From Candidatus Blautia pullicola (GTDB lineage: Bacteria; Bacillota; Clostridia; Lachnospirales; Lachnospiraceae): a stretch of 56,014 bases of DNA. Below the pieces are notes generated by a model, which worked only from the letters and a program-made list of their open reading frames with translations, made no database searches and was not told the DNA's origin. Positions 44,539 to 53,526 of the stretch are shown here, piece by piece. The stretch lies in contig DXBG01000030.1 in the NCBI GenBank assembly GCA_019116635.1, positions 1-56,014 on the forward strand, given 5' to 3'. Positions within the stretch are counted from its first letter, which is position 1. Each line of letters starts with the position of its first letter. Both the position numbers and the translations under genes were made by a program.

Positions 44539-46146
44539 ATGCGATATATCATTGAAAACGGCCAGATATGCGACGGTTCCGGAGAAAAAGCCTACAAAAG
44601 CGACATCCTCATAGAGGAGGGCCGCATCAAAGCTTTGTCAGGAAAGGACAGAAAATTCGGACAGGAAATAGAGGCAGTGCGAATAGATGCCGGGGGAAAA
44701 ACGGTAACGCCGGGTTTTATAGATACTCACAGGCATTGTGATTTAGCTGCCCTGTATGATGAGGATTTTGGGAATCTGGAGCTGGCCCAGGGTCTGACCA
44801 GTATTGTAGGCGGCAACTGTGGCCTGGGAATCTTCCCCTGTACCCCAGAGCATAAGGATGAAGTTGCCGGTTTTGTGGAGCCCTGTCTGGGAGTGGCGCC
44901 CAAGGATATGTGGGTGGCAAATTATAAGGCCTATATGGAGCTTTTGGCCCAAAGACCTATGCCCCTCCATGTGGGATGTTACCAGGGAGTGGGAGCTTTA
45001 AAGGCGGCAATCAAGGGATACGGGAAGAAGCCCTTTACTGCCGGAGAGATGGAGTTGGCAAAGGCCTGGCTGAAAGAGGCATTAGAGGCCGGATGTATAG
45101 GCGTTTCCTCCGGTATCATGTATCAGCCGGAATGTTATTCCTCCAGGGAGGAGATGGTGGAGCTGTTAAAGGCGGCGGCACCCTACGGAAGGCTTCTGAC
45201 CTGCCATATCCGGGGAGAAGGAGATAATCTGGTTTCCTCTGTGGCAGAAATCATCCGGATATGCAGGGAAGCAGGACTGCCTCTAAATATCAGTCACTTT
45301 AAAGCTACCGGTATCCGGAACTGGGGCAAAAAAATACACCAGGCCATAGAGCTTATAGAGGAGGCAAGGGCAAAGGGACAGGACGTAACTGTTGACTTTT
45401 ACCCTTACTGCGGCGGTTCCACTACGCTGCTGAGCCTGATTCCGCCGGATGTTATGGAGGAGGATTTAAGCCGGACCTTCCGGAAAATGGAGACGGCTCA
45501 GGGAAGAGAGGCTCTGAAGGACTCTCTGTACCGGGAGCATCCGGGCTGGGATAACATGGTTACAGCTATTGGCTGGGAGCGGATTAAAATCAGTTCTGTG
45601 ACAAAAGAAAATAACCGCAGGCTTGTGGGACTGGATTTTGCCAGTGCAGCCAGAATGGAGGGCTTTGAGGAGCCGGCATATTTCATGGCCCGGCTTCTGG
45701 CCCAGGAAGAAGGAAAGGTAGGAATCATCCTTCTCAGCATGGACCGGGAGGATGTGGATACTGTAGCAAAGCTGCCCTATTCCATGTTGATTTCTGACGG
45801 CCTATATGGGGTCAGTGACTGTCCGCATCCCAGACTGTACGGCTCCTTCCCTCATTTTATCCAGGAATATGTAATCCAGAGGAAAATTTTCTCCCTGGAA
45901 GAAGCGGTGAGAAAAATGACGGCTATGCCTGCAGCAAGACTTGGCTTGAAAGACAGAGGCCTGATAAGGGAAGGCTTTAAGGCAGACTTAAATATTTTTA
46001 CGCCGGAAGAATTGAAGGACCATGCGGTATATGAAGATTCCAAAAAACTTTGTACCGGTCTGTCCTGGGTTTTTGTGGACGGGCATCCGGCCTGGAAGGA
46101 CGGACAAAAGCTGACTGGCTATTCTGCTGAATTATTAAGAAAATAA
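44539..46146 (+). CDS. N-acyl-D-amino-acid deacylase (D-aminoacylase family amidohydrolase)
   Basis: PGFIDTHRH, GNCG, CHIR, SHFK, SDG, HPRLYGSFP motifs. Confidence 0.9.
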   Translation: MRYIIENGQICDGSGEKAYKSDILIEEGRIKALSGKDRKFGQEIEAVRIDAGGKTVTPGFIDTHRHCDLAALYDEDFGNLELAQGLTSIVGGNCGLGIFPCTPEHKDEVAGFVEPCLGVAPKDMWVANYKAYMELLAQRPMPLHVGCYQGVGALKAAIKGYGKKPFTAGEMELAKAWLKEALEAGCIGVSSGIMYQPECYSSREEMVELLKAAAPYGRLLTCHIRGEGDNLVSSVAEIIRICREAGLPLNISHFKATGIRNWGKKIHQAIELIEEARAKGQDVTVDFYPYCGGSTTLLSLIPPDVMEEDLSRTFRKMETAQGREALKDSLYREHPGWDNMVTAIGWERIKISSVTKENNRRLVGLDFASAARMEGFEEPAYFMARLLAQEEGKVGIILLSMDREDVDTVAKLPYSMLISDGLYGVSDCPHPRLYGSFPHFIQEYVIQRKIFSLEEAVRKMTAMPAARLGLKDRGLIREGFKADLNIFTPEELKDHAVYEDSKKLCTGLSWVFVDGHPAWKDGQKLTGYSAELLRK

Positions 46147-46160
46147 GGAGACTAAGAAAA

Positions 46161-46625
46161 ATGAAAAATGTATATGAAACAATGAAAGAATTAAATATTA
46201 CACTTCCAAAGGCACCTGCAAAGGGAGGTATTTACAGCCCTGCAAAGCGTTTCGGCAAGAATCTGGTGTATATTTCCGGCTGCGGCCCTGTGATAGACAC
46301 TCCGATATGCGGAAAACTGGGGAAAGAATTCACCAAAGAAGAGGGTGTGGAATATTCCAGAAATGCAATGCTCAATGTTTTGGCAGTGCTGGAGGCAGAA
46401 ATCGGAGATTTGAACAAAGTGAAGCAGCCGGTGAAAATCCTTACCTTTGTAGCCAGCGAAGACAGCTTTGACTGTCAGCCCTTTGTGGCCAACGGAGGCT
46501 CTCAGCTTCTTGTGGATTTGTTCGGAGCAGAAAATGCTCCCAGCCGTTCTGCTATCGGAGTAAACGTTCTGCCAGGCAATATTCCTGTGGAAACAGAGGC
46601 GATTTTTGAGTTAAAGGAAGAGTAA
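46161..46625 (+). CDS. Rid (YjgF/YER057c/UK114) family imine/enamine deaminase
   Basis: YISG, VANGGS..FG, SRSAIGV (catalytic Arg present), LP..VE motifs. Confidence 0.88.
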   Translation: MKNVYETMKELNITLPKAPAKGGIYSPAKRFGKNLVYISGCGPVIDTPICGKLGKEFTKEEGVEYSRNAMLNVLAVLEAEIGDLNKVKQPVKILTFVASEDSFDCQPFVANGGSQLLVDLFGAENAPSRSAIGVNVLPGNIPVETEAIFELKEE

Positions 46626-46741
46626 GCAGGACAGATATTTGGGATGAGGGTGTAAATGCAGAAAACAGACAGCCAAGAGCGTCAGACAGAGCAAAGACGG
46701 AATGGAACTGCAGATAATGTGAAACATAACGGGGTGGAAAT

Positions 46742-48892
46742 ATGGATAGAGAGAAAGCGGCATATTTAGATGAGAGCTTAAAGGATGAGGAGCGTGTAAA
46801 GGATTTAGTATCCAGGATGACACTGGAGGAAAAAGCCTCCCAGCTTCGCTACAATGCACCGGCTATCAAACGTCTGGGGATTCCTTTTTACAACTGGTGG
46901 AACGAGGCTCTGCATGGGGTGGCAAGAGCCGGAGCTGCCACAGTTTTTCCCCAGCCTATCGGTCTGGCGGCCTCCTTTCACGATGAGTTTTTAGAGGAAA
47001 TCGGAGATATAACGGCCACAGAAGGAAGAGCAAAATATAATGAACAGCAAAGACAGGGAGACAGAGGCCTGTATAAGGGAATTACCTTTTGGTCCCCTAA
47101 TATCAACTTGTTTCGGGACCCTCGCTGGGGAAGGGGACATGAAACCTACGGGGAGGACCCCTATCTTACATCAAGGATGGGCGTGGCTTATATCAAGGGG
47201 CTTCAGGGAGAAGGGAAAAGATTAAAGTCTGCGGCCTGTGTAAAACATTTTGCCGCTCACTCTGGCCCGGAAAAGGGACGCCATTCCTTCAACAGTGTGG
47301 TCAGTGAAAAGGATTTGGCGGAAAGCTACTTCCCGGCATTTGAAGCCTGTGTGAAGGACGCTAAAGTGGAGGGTGCCATGGGCGGATACAACCGTTTAAA
47401 CGGGGAAGCAGCCTGTGGAAGCTACCATTTGATTCAGGAAATTCTGAGAGAAAAATGGGGCTTTGACGGCTACTATGTGTCAGACTGCGGGGCTATCAAA
47501 GATTTTCATATGAACCATATGATTACCAAAACCCCGGCCCAGTCTGCGGCCCTGGCCATCAAAAGCGGCTGTGATTTAAACTGCGGAGCGGTTTATCTCC
47601 ATGTACTGCAGGCCTATGAAGAAGGACTTGTGACAGAAGAAGAAATTGACCGGGCGGTTACCCATGTCATGATGACCAGAATGCGCCTGGGAATGTTTGA
47701 TGCCTCCACAGAATACGATGAGATTCCCTATGAGGCCAATGACAGCCGGGAACATCATGAGGCTGCTTTAAAGGCTGCAGAGGAATCTATGGTTCTCCTG
47801 AAAAATGACGGTATTCTGCCGCTGAAAAAAGAAAAGCTGAAAACCGTGGCTGTAATCGGGCCTAATGCAGACAGCCGGGAAATCCTAAAGGGAAATTACA
47901 ACGGCACAGCCACAGAGCAGTATACTATACTGGAGGGGCTTCGCCACGAACTGGGAGACCAGGTGAGAATTTTCTATTCTGAGGGATGCCATTTGTACCG
48001 GGAGAATGTGGAGGCTCTGGCCGAAGGAGATGACCGGATATCCGAGGCGGTTTCCATGGCCCAGAGAAGCGATGTAGTGTTTCTGTGTCTTGGCCTGGAT
48101 GCCAGGTTGGAGGGAGAAGAGGGAGATGCTAATAACAGCTATGCCGGAGCTGATAAAAAGGACCTGGAGTTTCCGGACAGTCAGAAGCACCTTATGGAGG
48201 CAGTGTGTGCTGTGAGAAAACCTGTTATTTTCCTTATCAGTACAGGAAGTGCTATGAATTTGTCTTATGCCAGGGAAAAGGGAAATGCCATTCTGCAGAC
48301 ATGGTATCCGGGACAGATGGGAGGTATAGCAGCCGCTAACCTGCTGTTTGGCAAAACAGTTCCATCAGGAAAGCTTCCGGTTACCTTCTATGCACCTACA
48401 CAGAAGCTTCCGGATTTTGAAAATTACAGCATGGAAAACAGGACATATCGTTTCATGGAAGGAGAGGCTCTGTATCCTTTTGGCTATGGTCTTAGTTATG
48501 GAAGCTTTTCTTACCGGGACCTTTGGGTGGAGACCGGAGATTGGGACAAAAAAGAAAAAGTTAAGGTAAAGGTTAAAGTGAAAAATACTTCCTCTTGGGA
48601 CTGCTGGGAGACTGTGGAAATCTATGTGAAGCTCATGGGAAGTCCTTTGGCTGTTCCCAACTACAGCCTGGTTCAGTTCCAGAAGGTTTATCTGAAAGCC
48701 GGAGAGGAAAGAGCGCTGACCTTAGAGGTGAAAACCCAGTGTTTCCAGGTAGTAGACCAGAGCGGAGAACGGAAGTGGGACAATACAAAGACTGTGATTT
48801 ATGCAGGAACCAGCCAGCCGGATGAGAGAAGCATTTTCCTTACCGGACAGAGGCCTTTGGCCCTGACAGTGCAGGAGAAGGAAAGATTTTAG
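46742..48892 (+). CDS. Glycoside hydrolase family 3 (beta-xylosidase/beta-glucosidase-like)
   Basis: WWNEALHG, RDPRWGRG.ETYGEDP, KHF, VSDCGA nucleophile, VLLKND, YPFGYGLSY, FN3 tail. Confidence 0.93.
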   Translation: MDREKAAYLDESLKDEERVKDLVSRMTLEEKASQLRYNAPAIKRLGIPFYNWWNEALHGVARAGAATVFPQPIGLAASFHDEFLEEIGDITATEGRAKYNEQQRQGDRGLYKGITFWSPNINLFRDPRWGRGHETYGEDPYLTSRMGVAYIKGLQGEGKRLKSAACVKHFAAHSGPEKGRHSFNSVVSEKDLAESYFPAFEACVKDAKVEGAMGGYNRLNGEAACGSYHLIQEILREKWGFDGYYVSDCGAIKDFHMNHMITKTPAQSAALAIKSGCDLNCGAVYLHVLQAYEEGLVTEEEIDRAVTHVMMTRMRLGMFDASTEYDEIPYEANDSREHHEAALKAAEESMVLLKNDGILPLKKEKLKTVAVIGPNADSREILKGNYNGTATEQYTILEGLRHELGDQVRIFYSEGCHLYRENVEALAEGDDRISEAVSMAQRSDVVFLCLGLDARLEGEEGDANNSYAGADKKDLEFPDSQKHLMEAVCAVRKPVIFLISTGSAMNLSYAREKGNAILQTWYPGQMGGIAAANLLFGKTVPSGKLPVTFYAPTQKLPDFENYSMENRTYRFMEGEALYPFGYGLSYGSFSYRDLWVETGDWDKKEKVKVKVKVKNTSSWDCWETVEIYVKLMGSPLAVPNYSLVQFQKVYLKAGEERALTLEVKTQCFQVVDQSGERKWDNTKTVIYAGTSQPDERSIFLTGQRPLALTVQEKERF

Positions 48893-48911
48893 AGAATCAG
48901 AGGTACGCAAG

Positions 48912-50252
48912 ATGGATGAGAACAAGCTTCTTTTTTCCAACAGAGACCTGAGAAAGCTGATTTTTCCTTTGATAGCAGACCAGTTTCTCCAGTCCTTTGT
49001 GGGAATGGCGGACTCCGTTATGGCTTCCAGTGCAGGGGAAGCGGCGGTTTCAGGAGTTTCCCTGGTAGATACGGTAATGTTTCTGGTAATCAATATTTTT
49101 ACTGCTGCAGCTACAGGTGGTGCGGTGGTTGCCGGTCAGTATCTGGGTAAGGGAAGAGATGACATGGCCTGCAAGGCCGCCAATGAACTGCTTACCTTTA
49201 CCCTGAAGCTGTCTCTTTTGGTAACTCTTTTGGCTTACGGAGGCAGAGAGCTTATCATAGATTTAGTGTTCGGGGACATTCAGCCGGATGTTATGTATAA
49301 CTGCAGAGTTTATATGCTTTTTGTATTCGGCTCTATTCCTATGATAGCTCTTTGCAATGCAGGTACAGCTATTTTCCGGGCTATGGGAGATTCTTCCATA
49401 GCCATGAAGACATCCTTGCTGATGAACGGAGTCAACCTGGGAGGCAATGCCATTCTGATTTACGGATTCCACAGAGGTGTGGAGGGTGTTGCTATCCCTA
49501 CTCTGATTTCCAGAACTTTGGCCTGTGTGCTGGTTTTGGCTGCTTTTCATAGGCAGGACAGAAGACTTCATCTGCTCCTTCCCATTTCCCTGAAAACAGA
49601 CCGGGTACTGCTGCGGAAGATTCTCTATATCGGAGTTCCCAATGGTCTGGAGAACAGTATGTTTCAGTTGGGCAAGATTTTAGTACTCCGTGTGGTGGCC
49701 GGCTTTGGGACAGCGTCTATTGCTGCCAATGCTGTGTGCAACAGCATTTCCACTTTCTGCCTTCTGCCGGGTCTTGCAATGGGCTATGCCCTGCTTACGG
49801 TGGCGGCCCAGTGCGTAGGAGCGGGAGATTACGGGCAGGTGACCTATTATACCAGAAAGCTGATGAAGGCTGCCTATGCTTCTCTGATAGGCGTAAATGT
49901 TGTTGTGCTGCTTCTTCTTCCTGTCCTTGTGGGTGCCTACGATTTGTCTGCTGAAGCCAGAGGCTATGTGTTTCAAATCATGATTTTTTACTGCCTGTGC
50001 GTGGCTGTCATATGGCCTTTTTCCTTCCTGATTCCCAATACCCTGAGAGCAGCGGCGGATGTGAAATTCACTATGCTGTTATCCATTGTGTCCATGTGGA
50101 TATTCCGAATCGGCTTCTGCGTTCTTCTGGGCGTATATCTGAACATGGGGGTTCTGGGCGTCTGGGCAGCTATGGCCGTGGACTGGCTATTCCGGGGCAT
50201 CTGCTTCGGAGTGAGGTATGTCAGAGGAAAATGGCGGTATAAATCTATTTAA
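48912..50252 (+). CDS. MATE family efflux transporter
   Basis: About 12 TM helices; D..M, QYLG, FRAMGD, QCVGA, LRAAAD motifs. Confidence 0.9.
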   Translation: MDENKLLFSNRDLRKLIFPLIADQFLQSFVGMADSVMASSAGEAAVSGVSLVDTVMFLVINIFTAAATGGAVVAGQYLGKGRDDMACKAANELLTFTLKLSLLVTLLAYGGRELIIDLVFGDIQPDVMYNCRVYMLFVFGSIPMIALCNAGTAIFRAMGDSSIAMKTSLLMNGVNLGGNAILIYGFHRGVEGVAIPTLISRTLACVLVLAAFHRQDRRLHLLLPISLKTDRVLLRKILYIGVPNGLENSMFQLGKILVLRVVAGFGTASIAANAVCNSISTFCLLPGLAMGYALLTVAAQCVGAGDYGQVTYYTRKLMKAAYASLIGVNVVVLLLLPVLVGAYDLSAEARGYVFQIMIFYCLCVAVIWPFSFLIPNTLRAAADVKFTMLLSIVSMWIFRIGFCVLLGVYLNMGVLGVWAAMAVDWLFRGICFGVRYVRGKWRYKSI

Positions 50253-50307
50253 GGAGAGAACCGTTGGTCCGGGTGCATTTGACAGATGGGAAATACCCTA
50301 TGACCAT

Positions 50308-50520
50308 AAAAAATAGTGCCTTTTATTCCTGCGAGCAATGACCAAGCGGACATGCTTGCATATCCATTTGGCGGTGCTGTGTGCCGGTGGCACACGCTTA
50401 GCACTGACCAAAGTGGGACGTAGACCTGCCGCAAAGGTCAAATACTCCGATGCTTGCATTGCCGCTAGATTGATGTTCCGCATGCTTGCATCGGAGTATT
50501 TGACTGGGACACTATTTTTT
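50308..50520. repeat. Nested REP-like composite fold-back element
   Basis: Outer AAAAAATAGTG/CACTATTTTTT; inner GTGTGCC-GGT-GGCACAC; GTCAAATACTCCGATGC/GCATCGGAGTATTTGAC; three copies of ATGCTTGCAT. Confidence 0.8.
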
Positions 50521-50757
50521 GCCCTGGATTCAGATAGTCAAAACACCAGTATTAAGGCACAAAGCGTAATCAGATGGAGTAGCGCACTGGGCCGACTGAG
50601 ATAAGGCTGCAAGGCACAAAAATATTATGACTTAGAGTATTTGCGTCTTTGTTCAGAGAAAAGAGGATTTTTGAATGGAAACCTTTGGATGGAAAAATTC
50701 TTGAAATCTATGGCCCAATGTGTTACCCTTTTAGCTATAAAAGAAATCGATTTCTAA

Positions 50758-50797
50758 TTATTCTATTATTCTATTATTTTATTATTCTGTTATTCTA
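50758..50797. repeat. Tandem 8-mer repeat (TTATTCTA x5)
   Basis: TTATTCTA TTATTCTA TTATTTTA TTATTCTG TTATTCTA. Confidence 0.8.
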
Positions 50798-50945
50798 AGG
50801 CAGTTCGCCTGGTTATTTCCAAGATGAAATAAAAAAGTATAAAAATGGAGGGATGTATATGGGGAGTTTTCTCTTGATTTTCTTGTCTGTATTTTTAGTT
50901 TAGAGTGTAAAAAAACTGTTGATATGATAAAATAAAGGAGAAGAT

Positions 50946-51806
50946 ATGGATAAAAAATTAAATATTGTGCCGCTGAAGGACTTAAACCTTACAGACCGTT
51001 TCCTTTTTGATGAGGTTATGGAGGACAAGCAGACTCACCGGGATGTGCTGGAAATCATATTTCAAAGAGAGATTCCCCTTCTGGAAGAGAATGGGACAGA
51101 AAAAGAGTTGCGGGTTTCTCCTCTGAGCCGTTCCATCCGCATGGACGTATTTGCCGTAGACGAAGAAGATAAGGTATATAATACAGAAATGCAGCAGAAA
51201 AAAAGAAACGATTTAGCAAAAAGGAGTCGGTATTACCAGTCTATGATAGATACCAGTCTCTTGGAGCCGGGAATACCCAGCTATAACTTATTGAAGGACT
51301 CCTACATCATTATGATAACGCCCTTTGATTTGTTCGGCTATGGAAGGTATCAGTATACTTTTGAGACTGTGTGTCGGGAGGAACCAGGATGTATTTTAGA
51401 GGACGGTGCTGTGCGGATTTTTTTAAATACCAGAGGGACCAATCCGGAGGAAGTGCCCCAGGAACTGGTGGATTTGCTCCATTATCTGGAGCATACTACG
51501 GATGAAGAAGCAGAGAAAACAGACAGCCAGAGAATCCGGCGTATCCACAGCCATGTCTGTAAGGTGAAAAGCAGCGAGGAAATCGGGGTGAAGTATATGC
51601 AGGCATGGGAAGAGAAATATTATGAGAGGGAAGAAGGCAGAGAAGAAGGAATAAAAGAAGGTATGAAGCGTGGCATAAAACTAAAATTACAGGAGATAGT
51701 AAAAAAGAAATTAGCAAAAAACCAGTCACCGGAAGAGATTGCAGAGGCATTAGAGGAACCGGTAGAAGTAATCTGGGCTTTGATAGAGGAACAGGAAAAG
51801 GTATGA
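50946..51806 (+). CDS. Rpn family recombination-promoting nuclease / putative transposase (PD-(D/E)XK)
   Basis: D.FLF..VM, IRMDV, NTEMQ, RSRYYQ, IFLN motifs; EEGREEGIKEG repeat and HTH-like C-terminal tail. Confidence 0.9.
   Translation: MDKKLNIVPLKDLNLTDRFLFDEVMEDKQTHRDVLEIIFQREIPLLEENGTEKELRVSPLSRSIRMDVFAVDEEDKVYNTEMQQKKRNDLAKRSRYYQSMIDTSLLEPGIPSYNLLKDSYIIMITPFDLFGYGRYQYTFETVCREEPGCILEDGAVRIFLNTRGTNPEEVPQELVDLLHYLEHTTDEEAEKTDSQRIRRIHSHVCKVKSSEEIGVKYMQAWEEKYYEREEGREEGIKEGMKRGIKLKLQEIVKKKLAKNQSPEEIAEALEEPVEVIWALIEEQEKV
51597..51806 (+). CDS. Predicted intragenic in-frame small protein (RpnS-like, 69 aa)
   Basis: In-frame ATG (codon 218) 5 nt after GGGGTGA; begins MQAWEEKYYEREEG. Confidence 0.5.
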   Translation: MQAWEEKYYEREEGREEGIKEGMKRGIKLKLQEIVKKKLAKNQSPEEIAEALEEPVEVIWALIEEQEKV

Positions 51807-51854
51807 CTCCTGGCAGGTTGAAGGCAGAGATGCGTCGGCCTACATAGAGAAAAG

Positions 51855-51911
51855 GAAGGGTGTCCCCCTTTCCTATAGACTTAAAATCTATAGAAAAGGG
51901 GGACACCCTTC
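51855..51911. terminator. Long hairpin between convergent rpn and rmlC, probable bidirectional terminator
   Basis: GAAGGGTGTCCCCCTTT-C-CTATAGA / TCTATAG-A-AAAGGGGGACACCCTTC. Confidence 0.75.
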
Positions 51912-51939
51912 TTATAGGATAGCCATCCATGATGAGCTC

Positions 51940-52542
51940 TTAAAACTTAAAGGTATCTTTAAATCCAGCCCATTTTTGGTCTTTTTCGCTTAAATTTAAA
52001 GGTGTTCCGTCCTCCAGGGTGTATCCCTCTGCAGAAGCGCAGCCGGGGTATTCTCCAGTAACCTGAGGCCATTGGATACCGATTTCCGGGTCGTTCCAGG
52101 CCATGCCGCCCTCATCTCCCGGATGGTAGAAATCAGTACACTTGTAGCAGAATTCTGCTACATCGCTGAGTACCAGGAAACCGTGGGCAAAACCTTCGGG
52201 AATATAGAACTGCTTTTTATTTTCTTCAGACAACTCTACCCCGTACCACTGGCCGTATGTGGCGCTTTCGGTCCTTAAATCAACAGCTACGTCAAAAACA
52301 GTACCTTTGATAACACGAACCAGCTTGCCCTGGGGATATTCTTTCTGGAAATGCAGGCCTCTTAAAACACCCTTGGTGGAGCAGGATTGATTATCCTGAA
52401 CAAATTCCATGGTAAGGCCAGCCTCTTCCATATCTTTTTTGTTATAAGTTTCCATGAAATAGCCTCTGGCATCTCCGTGAACCGCAGGCTCTATGATGTA
52501 TAAGCCCTCAATAGGGCATTTGGTGACTTTAATCTGTCCCAT
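51940..52542 (-). CDS. rmlC: dTDP-4-dehydrorhamnose 3,5-epimerase
   Basis: DARGYF, QDNQS, RGLHFQ, QGKLVR, GFAHGF motifs. Confidence 0.95.
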   Translation of the reverse strand: MGQIKVTKCPIEGLYIIEPAVHGDARGYFMETYNKKDMEEAGLTMEFVQDNQSCSTKGVLRGLHFQKEYPQGKLVRVIKGTVFDVAVDLRTESATYGQWYGVELSEENKKQFYIPEGFAHGFLVLSDVAEFCYKCTDFYHPGDEGGMAWNDPEIGIQWPQVTGEYPGCASAEGYTLEDGTPLNLSEKDQKWAGFKDTFKF

Positions 52543-52577
52543 AAATCGAACTCCTTCCTGTCATATTTCCGGTTTTG

Positions 52578-53513
52578 TCACACTTCCAGCTCTTCTAAAT
52601 AACGTTTTACAGCATCCTGCCAGGTGGGAAGAGGGGTAAAACCGTTTTTTACAAGTTTACTCTTGTCCAGGCGGCTGTTAAAGGGACGTTTGGCTTTGGA
52701 CGCTCCGTATTCTGCTGTAGTCACAGGGGTTACGGTAACTTTTTCATATTCCGGATGTCCTGCTGCAATAGCCTGCCGGAAGATTTCCTTTGTGAAATCG
52801 TACCAGCTGATATAGCCGCCCTCATTGGTAGCGTGGTAGTAACCATATTTTTCTGTCTCTATCATATCAACCAATAGAACAGCCAAATCCAGGGTATAGG
52901 TAGGCGTTCCAATCTGGTCATTTACCACCTTAATCTGGTCATGGGTTTTGCCCAGATTAAGCATGGTCTTGATGAAATTTTTTCCGTTTTTGCCGAATAC
53001 CCAGGCAATGCGGACAATAAAGTATTTTTCCAGATTCTCAGATACTGCAAGCTCTCCGGCCAGCTTGGTTTCTCCATATACATTCAGAGGCTGGTAATCC
53101 TTACAGTCCGGTTCCCAGGGCTCTGTTCCCTGGCCGTCGAATACATAATCTGTACTGATATAAACCATTTTGCTGCCCGATTGTTTACAGGCAAGAGCAA
53201 TGTTTTCGGTACCCTGAGCATTGATTTTTTTGACGATTTCTTGCTTGTCCTCATCTTCGGCTAAATCCACAGCAGTCCAGGCAGCACAGTGTATCACTAC
53301 ATCAGGAGCGGTTTCTTCTATTACACGCTGGACACAGGCTTTATCTGTAATGTCCATCTGGATATACGGCATAGTTACAACGGCTGTTCCGTCAGCAATA
53401 CCGCTGTAGACTTCTTTAATATCAGAACCAATGCCCTCATAGCCCCGTTTTGCCAGTTCATTCATTACATCGTGGCCTAACTGGCCGGCAACGCCTGTGA
53501 CTAAAACTTTCAT
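52578..53513 (-). CDS. rmlD: dTDP-4-dehydrorhamnose reductase
   Basis: GVAGQLG, STDYVFDG, YGETK, DQIGTPT motifs; ATG at 53513 behind AAGGAGGA. Confidence 0.95.
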   Translation of the reverse strand: MKVLVTGVAGQLGHDVMNELAKRGYEGIGSDIKEVYSGIADGTAVVTMPYIQMDITDKACVQRVIEETAPDVVIHCAAWTAVDLAEDEDKQEIVKKINAQGTENIALACKQSGSKMVYISTDYVFDGQGTEPWEPDCKDYQPLNVYGETKLAGELAVSENLEKYFIVRIAWVFGKNGKNFIKTMLNLGKTHDQIKVVNDQIGTPTYTLDLAVLLVDMIETEKYGYYHATNEGGYISWYDFTKEIFRQAIAAGHPEYEKVTVTPVTTAEYGASKAKRPFNSRLDKSKLVKNGFTPLPTWQDAVKRYLEELEV

Positions 53514-53526
53514 GTGCATGTCCTCC

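Noticed and set aside
50249-50604. Small ORFs of 61-88 aa after the MATE gene
   Set aside because: They run through the palindromic repeat element and lack a convincing RBS or protein features.
50946-51806. Rpn as the transposase for the nearby MITEs
   Set aside because: No terminal repeats flank rpn, and transposase activity is not established for this family.
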